Assembly (NCBI RefSeq): GCF_006345805.1
Contig: NC_042998.1
Coordinates: 50,840,001 to 50,904,000 of the forward strand
Direction of reading: 5' to 3'
Length of the DNA stretch: 64,000 nucleotides
Origin: Octopus sinensis
Lineage: Eukaryota
The notes below the pieces were generated by a model, which searched no databases, was not told the origin of the DNA, and worked only from the letters and a program-made list of their open reading frames with translations. Of this stretch, positions 11,724 through 24,899 are shown piece by piece (the first letter of the stretch is position 1; each line of letters begins with the position of its first letter). A program made the position numbers and the translations under genes.

Positions 11724-12595
11724 TCATCATCATCATCATCATCATCATCATTTAACGTCCGCTTTCCATGCTAGCATGGGTTGGACGGTTCAACTGGGGT
11801 CTGGGGAGCCCGAAAGCTGCACCAGTCCAGTCAGATCTGGCAGTGTTTCTACAGCTGGATGCCCTTCCTAACGCCAACCACTCCGAGAGTGTAGTGGGTG
11901 ATTTTATGTGCCACCGACACAGGTGCCAGGCGAGGCTGGCAAACGGCCACGCTCGGATGGTGTTTTTTATGTGCCACCGACACAGGTGCCAGACGAGGCT
12001 GGCAGACGGCCACGCTCGGATGGTGTTTTTATGTGCCACCGACACAGGTGCCAGATGAGGCTGGCAAACGGCCACGATCGGATGGTGCTTGTTACGTGCC
12101 CACAGCACGGAGGCCAGTCGATGCGGTACTGGCTACGGCCACGTTCGGATGGTTTTATTGTGTGCCACGTGCCACCGGCACTGGTACCACCGGCACTGGT
12201 ACCACCAAGATACAAATTCCATTGATGTTCATCTATTTTGATTTGTTTTGATTTGATTTTCACTTGCCTCAACAGGTCTTCACAAGTGTCACAAGAAGGA
12301 AGGTATGCACAGGTGGACTGACTACGTCCCAGGTAGGGGCCATGGGTTATGGCCTGACTAGTCTTGCCGGGTCTTCGGATGGTGTTTTTATGTGCCACCG
12401 ACACAGGTGCTAGATGAGGCTGCGCAACGGCCACGATCGGATGGTGTTTGTCATGTCCCCACCGCACTGACTACAGCACTGATGGATTTCTTGTGTGCCA
12501 CAGGCACTGGTACCACAAGATACAAATTCCATTGATGTTCATCTATTTTGTCTATTTTGATTTGATTTGATTTGATTTGATTTGATTTGATTTGA
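11724..12595 (-). mobile_element. RTE LINE 3' UTR with internal partial duplication
   Basis: (ATC)n tail at 11724-11751 followed by the reverse complement of the 14880-15420 UTR. Segment 12190-12260 recurs at 12503-12590. Confidence 0.85.
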
Positions 12596-12620
12596 TATAT
12601 ATATATATATATATAGATAT

Positions 12621-12685
<65 letters not shown>

Positions 12686-12745
12686 TGTATATATATATAT
12701 ATACACACGCACACACACATATATATATATATACATACACACATA
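12559..12745. repeat. (GATTT)n followed by (AT)n/(AC)n
   Basis: Direct reading. Confidence 0.9.
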
Positions 12746-13468
12746 ATAAAGACACACATGTATCCAGACATTTATATGAAGAGGTGCTTGGGCAAGCATG
12801 TGTGTGTGAGTGGTATTGTAATGTATATTTTCTGTAAGAGTATTATGTACCTGTATAGTTATCTCATCTGGTTATTTCAGTAAAGAATGGATACAACAGC
12901 AACTTTCTATTGAGTTTACACACAATATCACACAATATCACTGCTCACTCTCCAGTGTAAAATTATCTTCCAATAAAACATCCAGTCATACCTATTTGGA
13001 AAGGATATGTTCAATATCAAGGAATTTCAGCTTTAACATAGATAATGACATCAGGAATACAATTCAGTGCCATTTTTGTGGTATTCTGTTCTATAATTGG
13101 TTGTTATATCCACAGTAACAACACATCTCTTCCAGTTTACAATGTAACTATTTGCTATATTACTTGCAATGTCAACACAATAATGAGATAGCTAGAAGGC
13201 AACATGAGAGTATGAGGCAAGGTAAGTTGTTCAATCTACCATTACAACAACTGAATCTTTCGTCAATCATATTAGACACAGGCACCTAATGTCTCCTTCC
13301 TAAACTCCTAGGTCACCATGGACACCTTAGATAACGAAATCACAGACAGAAAGATAATTCCAAGACAAAACTTGGTTCCATTTAAAGCCCAGTGGTAGAA
13401 TAACAGCTTAGAAGGAATAATTGAGAAAGTGGTTTGTAGCTTATAATTCTTAATGAAAATCCTGTTTA

Positions 13469-13636
13469 AGGCACAGATATGGCTGTGTGGTAAGAGGTTT
13501 ACTTCCTAACCACATGGTGCCAGGCTCAGTCCCATAGCATGCCACTTTGGGCATGTGTCTTCCACTATATCCCTGGGCCAACCAAAGACTTGTGAGTGGA
13601 TTTGGTAGATGGAAACTGAAAAAAGCCCATCGTATA
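13469..13636 (+). mobile_element. SINE family A (short form)
   Basis: Family-A head and core followed by (TG)n(TA)n. Confidence 0.8.
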
Positions 13637-13639
13637 CAT

Positions 13640-13720
<81 letters not shown>

Positions 13721-13736
13721 TGAATATATATAGATG

Positions 13737-15446
13737 AAAGGATAGATGAATGGTTAGTGGGAGCTGTGCGAGCCATGTACAGAGACGCTGCTAGTAAGGT
13801 GAGGGTTGGAAACGAGTACAGTGAAGAATTCCGGGTAGAGGTAGGGGTCCACCAATGCTCAGTCCTCAGCCCCCTCCTATTTATCATAGTCCTCTAGGCA
13901 ATAACAGAGGAATTCAAGACAGGATGCCCCTGGGAGCTCCTCTATGCTGATGACCTTGCTCTAATTGCTGAGTCACTATCAGAACTAGAGGAGAAGTTTC
14001 AGGTGTGGAAGCAAGGATTAAAATCGAAGGGCCTTAGAGTCAATCTAGCTAAAACCAAAGTCCTAATAAGTAGGAAGGTAGACAAATCACAAATGCCTTC
14101 AGGTAGATGGCCCTGCTTGATCTGTAGAAAAGGTGTAGGTAGAAACTCTATAAGATGCACCAAGTGTAAGCTATGGACACATAAGAGGTGCAGCAATGTC
14201 AAAGGGAGGCTAACTTGGAAGATAGTTTTTATATGTGGCAGATGCTCAGGAACAATAAACACTGAAAATGCTCTGAGACCAACTTCTGCCACTTTCCAAG
14301 GAGAAAAACTAGAAATAGTTGATAGCTTCTGTTACCTAGGTGACCAAGTCAGTAGCGGGGATGGGTGTGCTGAAAGTGTAACTGCTAGAGTAAGAATAGC
14401 TTGGGCAAAGTTCAGAGAGCTCTTACCTCTGCTGGTGACAAAAGGCCTCTCGCTCAGAGTAAAAGGCAGACTGTATGATGTGTGTGTACGAACAGCCATG
14501 CTACATGGCAATGAAACATGGACCGTGACTGCTGAGGATATGCGTAAGCTCGCAAGAAATGAAGCCAGTATGCTCCGATGGATGTGTAATGTCAGTGTTC
14601 ATACTCGACAGAGTGTAAGTACCGTGAGAGAAAAGCTGGACCTAAGAAGCATCAGATGTGGTGTGCAAGAGAGACGTTTGTGCTGGTATGGTCATGTGGC
14701 GAGAATGGATGAAGATGGTTGTGTGAAAAAGTGCCACACCCTAGCGGTTGAGGGAACCTGTGGAAGAGGCAGACCCAGGAAAACCTGGGACGAGGTGGTG
14801 AAGCACGACCTATGAACTTTAGGTCTCACTGAGGAAATGACTACAGACCGAGACCTCTGGAAGTATGCTGTGCGTGAGAAGACCCGGCAGGACAAGTGAG
14901 ACCATAACCCGTGGCCTTCTACACGGGATGTAACCAGTCCACTTATGCATACCTTCCCTTCTTGGGACACAAAACTCTACTTGTGAAGACCTGTTGAGGC
15001 AAGTGAGAATCAGAATCGAAATCGATCAATGGAAATTGCAGCTGAGATACCAGTGCCGGTGGCACGTAAGAGAACCATCCGAACATGGGTGTAGCCAGCG
15101 CCGCCCCGACTGGCCTCGTGCCGGTGGCACGTAAAAAGCACCATCCGTTCGTGGCCGTTGCCAGCCTCACCGAGCCCCCGTGCCGGTGGCACACAATAAA
15201 GCACCATCCGATCGTGGCCGTTTGCCAGACTCGTCTGGCACCTGTGCCGGTGGCATGTAAAAAGCACCCACTACACTCATGGAGTGGTTGGCGTTAGGAA
15301 GGGCATCCAGCCATAGAAACATTGCCAGATCTGACTGGGCCTGGTGCAGCCTTCTGGCTTCCCAGACCCCAGTTGAACTGTCCAACCCATGCTAGCATGG
15401 AAAGCGGACGCTAAACGATGATGATGATGATGATAATGATGATGAT
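13737..15446 (+). mobile_element. 5'-truncated RTE-clade LINE (RT C-terminal half plus full 3' UTR)
   Basis: LYADDL RT motif near 13940. ORF 14003-14815 has RTE-like motifs (YLG..LLHGNETW..LCWYGHVARM..GRGRPRKTW) and ends in a premature TGA. 3' UTR with ~63-bp repeats ends in (GAT)n. Confidence 0.9.
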
Positions 15447-15466
15447 ATATATATATATACGTGCAT

Positions 15467-15644
15467 ATAGGAGTGGCTGTAGGCACAGGAATGGCTGTGT
15501 GGTAAGTAGCTTGCTTAACAACCACATAGTTCCGAGTTCAATCCCACTGTGTGTCACCTTGGGCAAGTGTCTTCTACTATAGCTGTGGGATGACCAAAGC
15601 CTTATGAGTGGATTTGGTAGATAGAAACTGAAAGAAGCCTGTCA

Positions 15645-15677
<33 letters not shown>

Positions 15678-15879
15678 ATATGTGTGTGTGTGTGTGTGTT
15701 TGCCTTCCCACGAACACTTGACAACCAATGCTGGTGTGTTTATGTCCCCATAACTTAGTGGTTCAGCAAGACAGACTGATAGAATAAGTGCTAGGCTTAC
15801 AAAGAATAAGTTCTGGGGTCAATTTGTTCGACTGAAGGCAGTGCTCCAGTATGACTGAAACAAATAAAAGAGTAAAAGA
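15467..15879 (+). mobile_element. SINE family A, long form
   Basis: Head, core, microsatellite and (TAAAAGAG)n-like tail. Confidence 0.8.
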
Positions 15880-16605
15880 ATATGTATATATGTATATATA
15901 GGTGTTAGGAAAGGCATCCAGCTGTAGAAACCCTGTGAAAACAGACAATGGTGTCTGGTACAGCTCTTGGCCTTGCCAGCTCCTGCCAAACTGTCCAACC
16001 CATGCCAACATGAAAAACGAATGTTAAATGATGATGATGATGATAATGATGATATATATGTGCGTGTGTATGCATGTGCATGTGTGTGTGTGAATGCATG
16101 TGTGTGTCTCTTTGTGTTTGTGTTTGTCCTCCACCGCCCTCAATACTACCACCACCTGACAATCGGAGTTGGTTTGTTTACATCCCTATAACTTAGCAGT
16201 TCAGCAAAAGAGATTGATAGAGTAAAACCAGGTTGAGAAAAAGAAAAAAACCTTGGGCGATTTGTTTGACCCAACCCTTTCAAGGCGGTGCTCCAGCATG
16301 GCAGCAGTGTAATGACTGAAACAAGTAAAAGAAATCAAATTAGCTTTCCATTCTTCAGGGCAGGTAAAACACATACCTGCAGTAGCATGACAATAAAGGG
16401 AGTTAATCAAGCCGTGTTTCAAAACTAAATGTCCCATGTGTTTGATTAACTGAACTCTTTCCTCAATGAATTAGAGTGTAACTGACTGATTATTCCATAA
16501 ACACATACACATTTAACCCTTTTGTTATATTTCTCTTGAAATACACTGTCATTTTTTAATGAAGTCGATTTACCAAAATACATAAAGAATATAGCAAAAT
16601 AACTG

Positions 16606-18285
16606 TTATTATTAAGTTAGAGTAATCTGCTGAGGTTGACTTTGCTTTCATCCTTTCGGAGTTGATGAAATAAAAACCAATTATGCACTGGGGTCAAAGT
16701 AATTGACTATCCCCTCCCCAAAATTTTCAGGCCTTGAGCCTACAGTAGAAAGGATTATTAAATTAGTGTAAGGAAGTAAGCTGGTAGAATCGTTAGCATG
16801 CTGGGTGAAATGCTTAGTGGTATTTTGTCTGCCGTTATGTTCTGAGTTCAAATTCCGCTGAGGTCGACTTTGCCTTTTTCCGCTTGGGGTTGATTAAATA
16901 AGTACCAGTTACGCACTGGGGTCGATATAATCGACTTAGTCCGTTTGTCTGTCCTTGTTTGTCCTCTCTGTATTTAGTCCATTGTGGGTAGTAAAGAAAT
17001 AGGTATTTCGTCTGCCATTACGTTCTGAGTTCAAATTCCGTCGATGTCAATTTTTGCCTTTCATCCTTTCGGGGTCGATAAAGTACCAGTTACACATTGG
17101 GGTCAATGTAGTCGACTTAATCCCTTTGTCTGTCCTAGTTTGTTCTTTTTATGTTTAGGTCCTTGTGGGCAATAAAGAAATATGAATCATTAACATGCCA
17201 GACAAAATCTTTAGTGACATTTCAACTGCCATTATGTTTTGAGTTCAAATTCTGCCAAGGTTGACTCTGCCTTTCATCCTTGTGCAATCGATGAAATAAG
17301 TACCAGTTGAATACTGGGGTTGATGTAATCGACTTATCTCCTCCTCCAAAATTGCTGGCCTTGTGCCAAAATTTGAAATCATTATTAAGCTGGTGTAAGG
17401 CTGTGAGTCAGGAGAATCGTTAGCATGACAGACAACATGCTTAACGGCTCTTCATCCATCTTTACATTCTGAGTTCAAAGTCCACCGAAGTTCATTTTGT
17501 CTTTTATTGTTCTGAGGTTGATAAAATAAGTAGCAGTGATGTACTTGGGTGGGTGGGAATATAATTGACTAGACACCTCCCCTGAAATTTCTGACTTTGT
17601 GCCAAAATTCGGGACCAATATTATGTTTCTCCTTAAGGTGTTGAGCTGGCAGAACCATTAGCATGACAGACAAACTGTTTGGCATCCATCTTTATATTCT
17701 GAGTTATTTGTGCCTATAGATCAAAGGGTTATTAAGTTGGTGTATGAGGCAAGCTTGCAGAATTATTACTACACCAGACAAAATGTTAAGCAGCATTTTG
17801 CTCATCTTTATGGTCCAAGTTTAAATGCTACCAGAGTTGACATTGCCTTTTATCCTTTCAGGGCCAATAAAATAAATACCAATCAAGCACTAAAATTGCT
17901 GGCCTTGTGCCAAAATTTGAACTCATTATTAGGCTTAGTGTAAGGCTGTGAGCTGGCAGAATCATTAGCATGACAGACAAAATGCTTAGCAGCATTTCAT
18001 CTATCTTTACATTCTGAGTTCAAATTCCACTGAGGTCAATTTTGTCTTTTAATCATTTTGGGGTCAATAGAAAGAGTATCAGTCAAGTACTGGGGTCAAT
18101 GTAATTGACCAGACTCCTCCTCCATAATTTCAAATGTTGCTAAAGTTGACTTTGCCTTTTATTCTTTCAGGGTCGATAAAATAAGTACCTGTCAAGTACT
18201 GGGGTCAATGACACTGACTTACCCCTTCCCCTAAAATTGCTGGCCTTGTGCTAAAATTTGAAACCATTTTTAAGTTGGTGCATGG
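16606..18285 (+). mobile_element. Head-to-tail array of ~9 tRNA-derived SINE copies (family B) inside a TTAA-MITE
   Basis: Repeated gagctggcagaa..ttctgagttcaaattcc..gactttgcctttcatcc modules separated by copies of attattaagctggtgt. Confidence 0.8.
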
Positions 18286-18989
18286 AAGATGATTTAACTT
18301 GAAATTTTGATAAAAGGTTTTAATTAAAATCGCTTTAAATAGGAAGTTTATATCAGAGAAGCATAATCCTGATACAAAATCAACATGTCGAGTATGGCAA
18401 ATCAACCCCTTTGAATTACAGGTATAGTAAACCTGACAGTCTTTTAAACTTTCTCTCAATTCAACTTTACAAGCAAGGCTTGGGTTGATCCAAACTTATG
18501 ATAAAAGACTCTTACCTGATACCTTGCCATGGGATTGAACACAAATTTCATTATTGTGAAGCTAACTGTTTAACCACTATGCTATGCTTGCATCTGGCAT
18601 CATAATACTGTACTGACCATAATGTAAGTTTATAATTGGTAGTATGTTTTCTACTGTAGTGTAAAATGTGTGGTTTTGCTATCTGTTAGTAGTCCAGTCA
18701 GTCACTGGTACACTGCAACTCTCAAGTGTTTCTGTATAAAACACCTGAATGAAAAATTATCTTGAATTTTTTTTAGTGGTGCAGCCAGCATTTTGCTGAT
18801 GCTTCGTCTAAGTCAAAGATGTCCCAACTGTAACTAACCATTTTTTTTTCAAGCAGATTATATTTAGTATCACTTTATTCACTGTGTTTTTGTGTTCTTT
18901 ATTAAAAATATTAAGGTGGTGTGATTTGAGTAGCATTTAGCTTTTATTTCAAACAGATTAAAGTCTTGTTTTCAGGTGCAAGCATCATT

Positions 18990-19293
18990 TCACCTTGTTG
19001 TTTGTTCCTTCTCGAGCCATGCCTGGCTCATAAGGGCCGGTTTCCTTGGCGTATAGGTTCCCCACCTGGACGGGACGCCAGTCCGTCACAGGTAAGCTGC
19101 AAGATTCAGGAGGAAAGAGTGAGAGAAAGTTGTGACGAAAGAGTCAGCAGAAGTTTGCCATTACCTTCTGCCGGAGCCGCATGGAGCTTAGGTGTTTCAC
19201 TCATAAACACACACATCGTTCGGTCTGAGATTCAAACCTGCGATCCCTCGACTGCAAGTCCGCTGCTCTAACCACTAGGCCATGTGCCTCCAC
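18990..19293 (-). mobile_element. tRNA-derived SINE, third family
   Basis: Head ggcacatggcctagtggttagagcagcggac..ggtttgaatctc (A and B boxes), no tRNA 3' acceptor stem. Confidence 0.7.
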
Positions 19294-20049
19294 AATCATT
19301 TCACTTGGCCTGATTTAATTTGACATGAACTGATACAATCATTTTTCTACTGGTTGGTATCAATAACAGGTTGAGGACTCTTCCGGGTGAGCTGTTGGTC
19401 CTCCACAGAATAGTTGGATGGGCCTGCCATATTGGTAGAGGGGTGGACTACCAGCAATGGAGAGCACCAGTGGATTTGGTCAGCTCTATGCATGATGATG
19501 TCTCTTGGTCCACTAACTTGGGATGACCCCAGACTCATCAAGCAAAAGCATTAAGTGAAGTGAAGCATGAACTGATACAAGGAACACTGCTTTCGAGTTT
19601 TGGCACAGGACCAGCAATTTTGGGGTAGGAATAGGTCAATTAGATTGACCTCAGTGCTCAATTGGTACTTATTTTATTGACCCTGAAAAGATGAAAAACA
19701 AAGTCGACCTTGGTGGAATTTGAACTCAAAGCATAAAGATGGACAAAATGCTGCTAAGTGTTATGCCCATTGTGCCAAGGATTCTACCAGCTCACCATCT
19801 TTAATATGAGTAATATTATATGGAGAACATTGGTTTGCATCTGTACATTGAAGTGTGATGTCGAGTTTGGTAACTGTAGAGATGGCTTGTAAGATTGGAG
19901 TGTGCTAAACATCAACTTCTCACTTAGAAAATCACTTTTAAAACTACATACCCCTAATCACTCCAGCATGCTCACCTGGGTGAGTGGAGGAAGTAAAGGC
20001 TAAGGTATCACACACTCGAAAAGAAATAAGCTAAATCTTTCTCTCTCTA

Positions 20050-20460
20050 TCACACACACACACACACACACACACATGCGCACACACACACGCATGTACA
20101 CACACATGTACTCACACACACATGCACACACACACATGTACGCACACATGCACACAAACACACATGCACACACATGTACACACACATGCACACACACACA
20201 CACATACACACATTTGAATAATCCACTCTTGGAAAACTCTACAGTAATGGATGGTTACTTAATATATTATGCTCTTTAATACATCAACACACACACACAT
20301 GCACACACATTCACACACACACACACACGTATTGGTTTATGAATACCACTGTTCATGCATGTATATGTATTTGTATATGTGCATGTATGTGTATGTTTGT
20401 GTGTATGTGTATATGTGTGCATATAGGTGTATGTGCATATCTTTGTGTGTATGTGTATCT
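20050..20460. repeat. Degenerate (CA)n/(TG)n tracts
   Basis: Direct reading. Confidence 0.9.
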
Positions 20461-21149
20461 TGCATTTACCCTACAGAATTCTAAATAAGGTGTCTAATAT
20501 CTTTTATCTCAGCTTATATGAAATTATCTTTGCTGTAATTATATTCTATTTTCTATTAATCTAAGTTGGATTCCTTAGAAAACAAAAAACAAAAAACAAA
20601 AAAAAACAACAGAAAAGTAAAACAAAAGATTAAACTGAAAAGGAAAAAAAAACACAAACAAACAGCAAATAATAATAATAATAATAATAAAAAAAAAGAA
20701 GAAAAGTTAATTAAATACATACATAGAAGTAGCTAGCTCTCCGGATATGCACATTTTGAAAACTCACACCCATCATCATCCTTATCATAAAACTACAGCA
20801 ACAAGAACAACAACAACAAAAACTAGAACTAGAACGTCAACAGTCACAATGATAACTACAACAACAACAATAACAACAACATCAAGAATAGCAAAATGAC
20901 AACCACAACAACAAATGCGATAATTACAGCAATGCCACGCCCATTCAACAATGACAACTGCTGTGAATGGTTTTGATTAATTTTCCCCAAATATCATTAC
21001 ACTAAAAAAAAAAATAAAGATTTGTTTATCCTTGTTCCCTCCCACCCATCTCTCCCCCACCACATTCGATGCTCTCTTATCATTTGCCTTTACAGAGGAT
21101 GCTGTGACATAGATCCGTATTAGGATGTAAAGATTACCTGTTTTGTCTT

Positions 21150-21157
21150 GTATGTGT

Positions 21158-21246
<89 letters not shown>

Positions 21247-21258
21247 ACTATGTGTGTA

Positions 21259-21289
<31 letters not shown>

Positions 21290-21297
21290 GCAACTGT

Positions 21298-21328
<31 letters not shown>

Positions 21329-21445
21329 GCGTGTGTTGTATGTGTATGTCTGTCTGTATACATGCACACATTCATATACGTATGTATGTGTGTATGTATG
21401 TACATATGTTTGTATGTATGTATGCATGTGTGTACATATGTGTTT
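21150..21445. repeat. (TG)n/(TA)n compound microsatellite
   Basis: Direct reading. Confidence 0.9.
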
Positions 21446-22011
21446 ATCATTGTTTTTGCTGTTGTTTTTCAGCTCAATTTCCATTTTATATATTTTTTTC
21501 CAGTTTGTCTTTTTCATTTCATTTTGAAATTTTCTTGGGTTTTTTTTCTGCTTTTTGCTGCTATTTTTTATCTCAACTTTTATGTGTTTTTTTCTTCTTT
21601 TTAATATTTTTTCATTACTGCTTTTTTTTTCTTGTATTTTCATTATTATTATTTTTTTTTCCTCAATTAAAAAAGAAAAACAAATCACAATTTAAAAAAA
21701 AAATTCTACTTTTCTATTTTCTTTTTTTATTTCTAGTTGTTATTATTATTGTTGTTGTTGTTGTTGTTGTTTAATTGTTGTTTAATTCCAAAGTTTATTT
21801 TCATCTCTTTACCAAATAATTGAATAAATAAATACAGAAACATATAAATAAGCCAACAGAAAGCCCAGAAATGAGAGGTTTCTAAGCTGGAAGCCTTGTT
21901 GTTTTAGCATGGTGCATTTTTTTTCACATGTACTTTCTCTATCTCTCTCTTCTTCCTCACACTCAGACACAAACACACACACACAGCTTTCATTATTGCC
22001 TTTATCATTAG

Positions 22012-22065
<54 letters not shown>

Positions 22066-22189
22066 CATTATTTTCACAGACTTAACAACTACAGATGATG
22101 TGCAATGGTAAAATAAACTTTAATTCCAGGCTATTTCATTATTCAATTAGTGGCATTAAATAAGGGAAACGAAAAGGAAGCTGAGAGTG

Positions 22190-23125
22190 TATGGATGAGA
22201 AGTGGGAAGGATAGATTAAAGAGAGAAAGGAGAGCAGGGAAGTGGGCGCAGAGGGGGAGTGGATGAAGGAGAGGAAGGAGAGAGAAAGAGGGAGATGAGA
22301 GACAGTGAGGAAGAAGAGAGTGGAGAGAGAGCGAGGAGAGTGGGTAAGAGGCAGAAAGAGAGAGAGACAGGGAAAGAGGAGAGGGAATGAAAGAGAGAGG
22401 AAAAGGAGAGGGAATGAGGGAAAGAGAGGAAAGAGAGAAAAGAGAGAGAAAGAGGGAAAGAGGGGGGAAAGTGTAAGAAAGATGGAGAGGGGGAAGAAGG
22501 AGAGAGAGAGGAAAGAGGGAGAGATAGGGGAAAGGGGGAAAAAGATGGAGAGGGAGGGGAAGAGGGAGAGAGAGGGGAAAATAGAGAGAGAGTGAATGGG
22601 GCAGGAAGTGGGAGAGAAAGAGGGAGAGAGAGGGAAGGGACAGAAAGAGAGCAATAGAGAGAAAGAGGGAGAGAGAGGGAAAGGGGGAGAGAGAGGGAAT
22701 GAAGGAGAGAGAAAGAAAGGGGAGCAAGAAGGAATGAGGGAGAGAGAGAGTAAAAGGGGTAGAAAGAGGGAGTGAGAGAGAAAGAGAGGGAATGAGGGAG
22801 AGGGGAGAGAAGGAGAGTGATGAAAGGATGATACAGTGGCACACAAAGGTGAAATGGGAAGAGAAGTTGACATAAAAATAGGTGAGAGAGGTTAGTCTAA
22901 GAAAGAAAAATAGACAGAGAGAGAGAGGGGGGAGAAGGAGAGGGAGAGACAGAGAAAGAAAGTGATGGGAAAATAGTGAGAATTGTTAGTGTGATTAGGT
23001 GAAAAGGAAAGAGATGTTAGTATGACAACATCAAACAGATGTTTATATGAACATGTGAGAGAGAAAGATGTTGTTATGAAACAAGGGGAGAGAAAGGGAT
23101 AAAGCTGTTGATATGAGAAGGATTT

Positions 23126-23163
<38 letters not shown>

Positions 23164-23275
23164 GGACAAAGGGAGAGAAACACAGAGACAGAGGAAGGAA
23201 AGAGGGAGAGAAACACAGAGACGGTGGAAGGGAGATTTGTGCAAAAAAGGTGAGAGATAAAGAGGTAAGAAATGA
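22190..23275 (+). repeat. ~1.1-kb purine-rich (GA) low-complexity tract
   Basis: Almost purine-only on the + strand over 22190-22870, with further GA blocks to 23275. Confidence 0.9.
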
Positions 23276-23622
23276 GAAAGATGTCACTAATTGAAAGGCA
23301 AAAGGAAAAGAAATATTGGAAGGATCAGAAAGAGCAGTATGAGATCAAAGTAATTTCCACCACTAAAAACAACAACAACAACAACAGCAGCAGCAACGAT
23401 TCTTTGAACATATCTGTTTCCTCAACAAAGGCATCTATTTCACTTTACACCTCTCTGAAGCCATCATTCTCAATGACTTCAGCATTCACAGCTTTTCTTT
23501 AGCTCTTGCACTTCTATCACACCAATGCCGTCTGGTACAGAAGCTGAAACTTTTGCAATCCACATCCTCTAAAAGCATCTCTGAACAATACACAAACACT
23601 ATCTACAAATATCACTTTTTTA

Positions 23623-23839
23623 TGAGGGGGGTGTAAAAAAGTTCATGACTTTAAGGGTATTGCAAAAGGCCTGGTTGGAGGACCAAACTTCTTAATTCTT
23701 TTACAAAGCATAGAAAAACTGAAGGACCACTGCAATAAGTGTGTGAACTCAAGAGGGAAATATTTAGAATAAAATCATAATCAACTGATCCTCCTGTATT
23801 TTCTTTTACCCAAAGCCAGGAACTTTTCAGCATCCCTTT
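23623..23839. mobile_element. Mariner-type MITE, same family
   Basis: Same TIRs, flanked by TA. Confidence 0.7.
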
Positions 23840-23904
23840 ATAACTCAAAATCCAATGTGTACAACTAAACCATTGCCATCTCTTCACAAATTGAGTCAGC
23901 CAGC

Positions 23905-24260
23905 CACTGTCATCATCACCATTTAAGTCCATTGTCCATGGTGGCATGAGTTGGACAGTTTGACCAGAGCTGGCAAGCTGAGGAACTGCATCAGACTCCT
24001 GTCTGATTTGGCATGGTTTCTGTGGTTGGATGCCCTTTCTTAATGCCAACCACCTTATGGAGTGTGCTGGGTGCTTTTACATGGCACCGCATAGTTGCTG
24101 TTACATGGCGCCACACAGGCACTTTTACATAGCACTGCATGGATGCATTTTACATAATGCCATGCAGGTGCTTTTATGTGGCACTGCATGGGTGCTTTTA
24201 CATGACACTGCACAAGCTTCTTTTATGTGGTACTACACAGGTGCTTTTGTGTGACACAGC
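23905..24260 (-). mobile_element. RTE-type 3' tail with ~20-bp minisatellite
   Basis: Conserved tail in reverse plus repeated tgcttttacatggcac units. Confidence 0.6.
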
Positions 24261-24502
24261 CATGCATGCTTTATACCACCAGCAGGATTGGTTTTAAGAC
24301 TTCTGTATGCTACTCAATACTTTCCTTGACCCTAAGACCCAATAGCATTTCAACAGCTAACATATCAGAAGTTCTCAGGTACTATGTCAAGTAATCTTGG
24401 CAGTGTATGAGTTTCACTTCTGACATACTCAGACAACTAAGCAGGTGACTATAGCCATCGCCATAGACAGGTTCTTCCACATCCCACATCATCATCATTT
24501 AA

Positions 24503-24726
24503 CCCTTTGGCATTTAGATTACTCTGTCAAATACAATGCTTATTGATTCACATTGTTTTGAATTAGCTGTGCATTACCTCATAGCTTTGAGACTTCAGTG
24601 GTGTGATTGCTTTTACATTTAAAGAGTAGGTTTGAAGAGTAGGTGTGAGAGGCTGGCTGTAGCCAGTTTCACCATAGAACAGGTAGAATATTTGGGCCAG
24701 ATATGGCTGGCTTCAATGCTAAAGAG
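24503..24726. mobile_element. piggyBac-type MITE (TTAA target), second family
   Basis: TTAA|CCCTTTGGCATT...AATGCTAAAGAG|TTAA. Confidence 0.8.
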
Positions 24727-24899
24727 TTAATGTCCACATTCAACGGCATGGGTTAAATGGTTTGATAGGATCAGATGGGCCCAAGGACTGCATTGTGTTC
24801 CAATGTTCACTTAGGCATGGTTTCTATGCAAGGAGAATGAGGGTTTAAAGTATGGAAGGAAGGAAAGAGGGAGGAGCAGGCAAGTTATGAGGTAAGTAG

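Noticed and set aside
15053-15270. CRISPR array interpretation of the hairpin-repeat units
   Set aside because: The context is a eukaryotic LINE 3' UTR, the spacers are homologous to each other, and there are no cas genes.
22139-22873. 208-244-aa Ser/Leu/Pro/Phe-rich ORFs
   Set aside because: These are translations of a GA/CT low-complexity tract.
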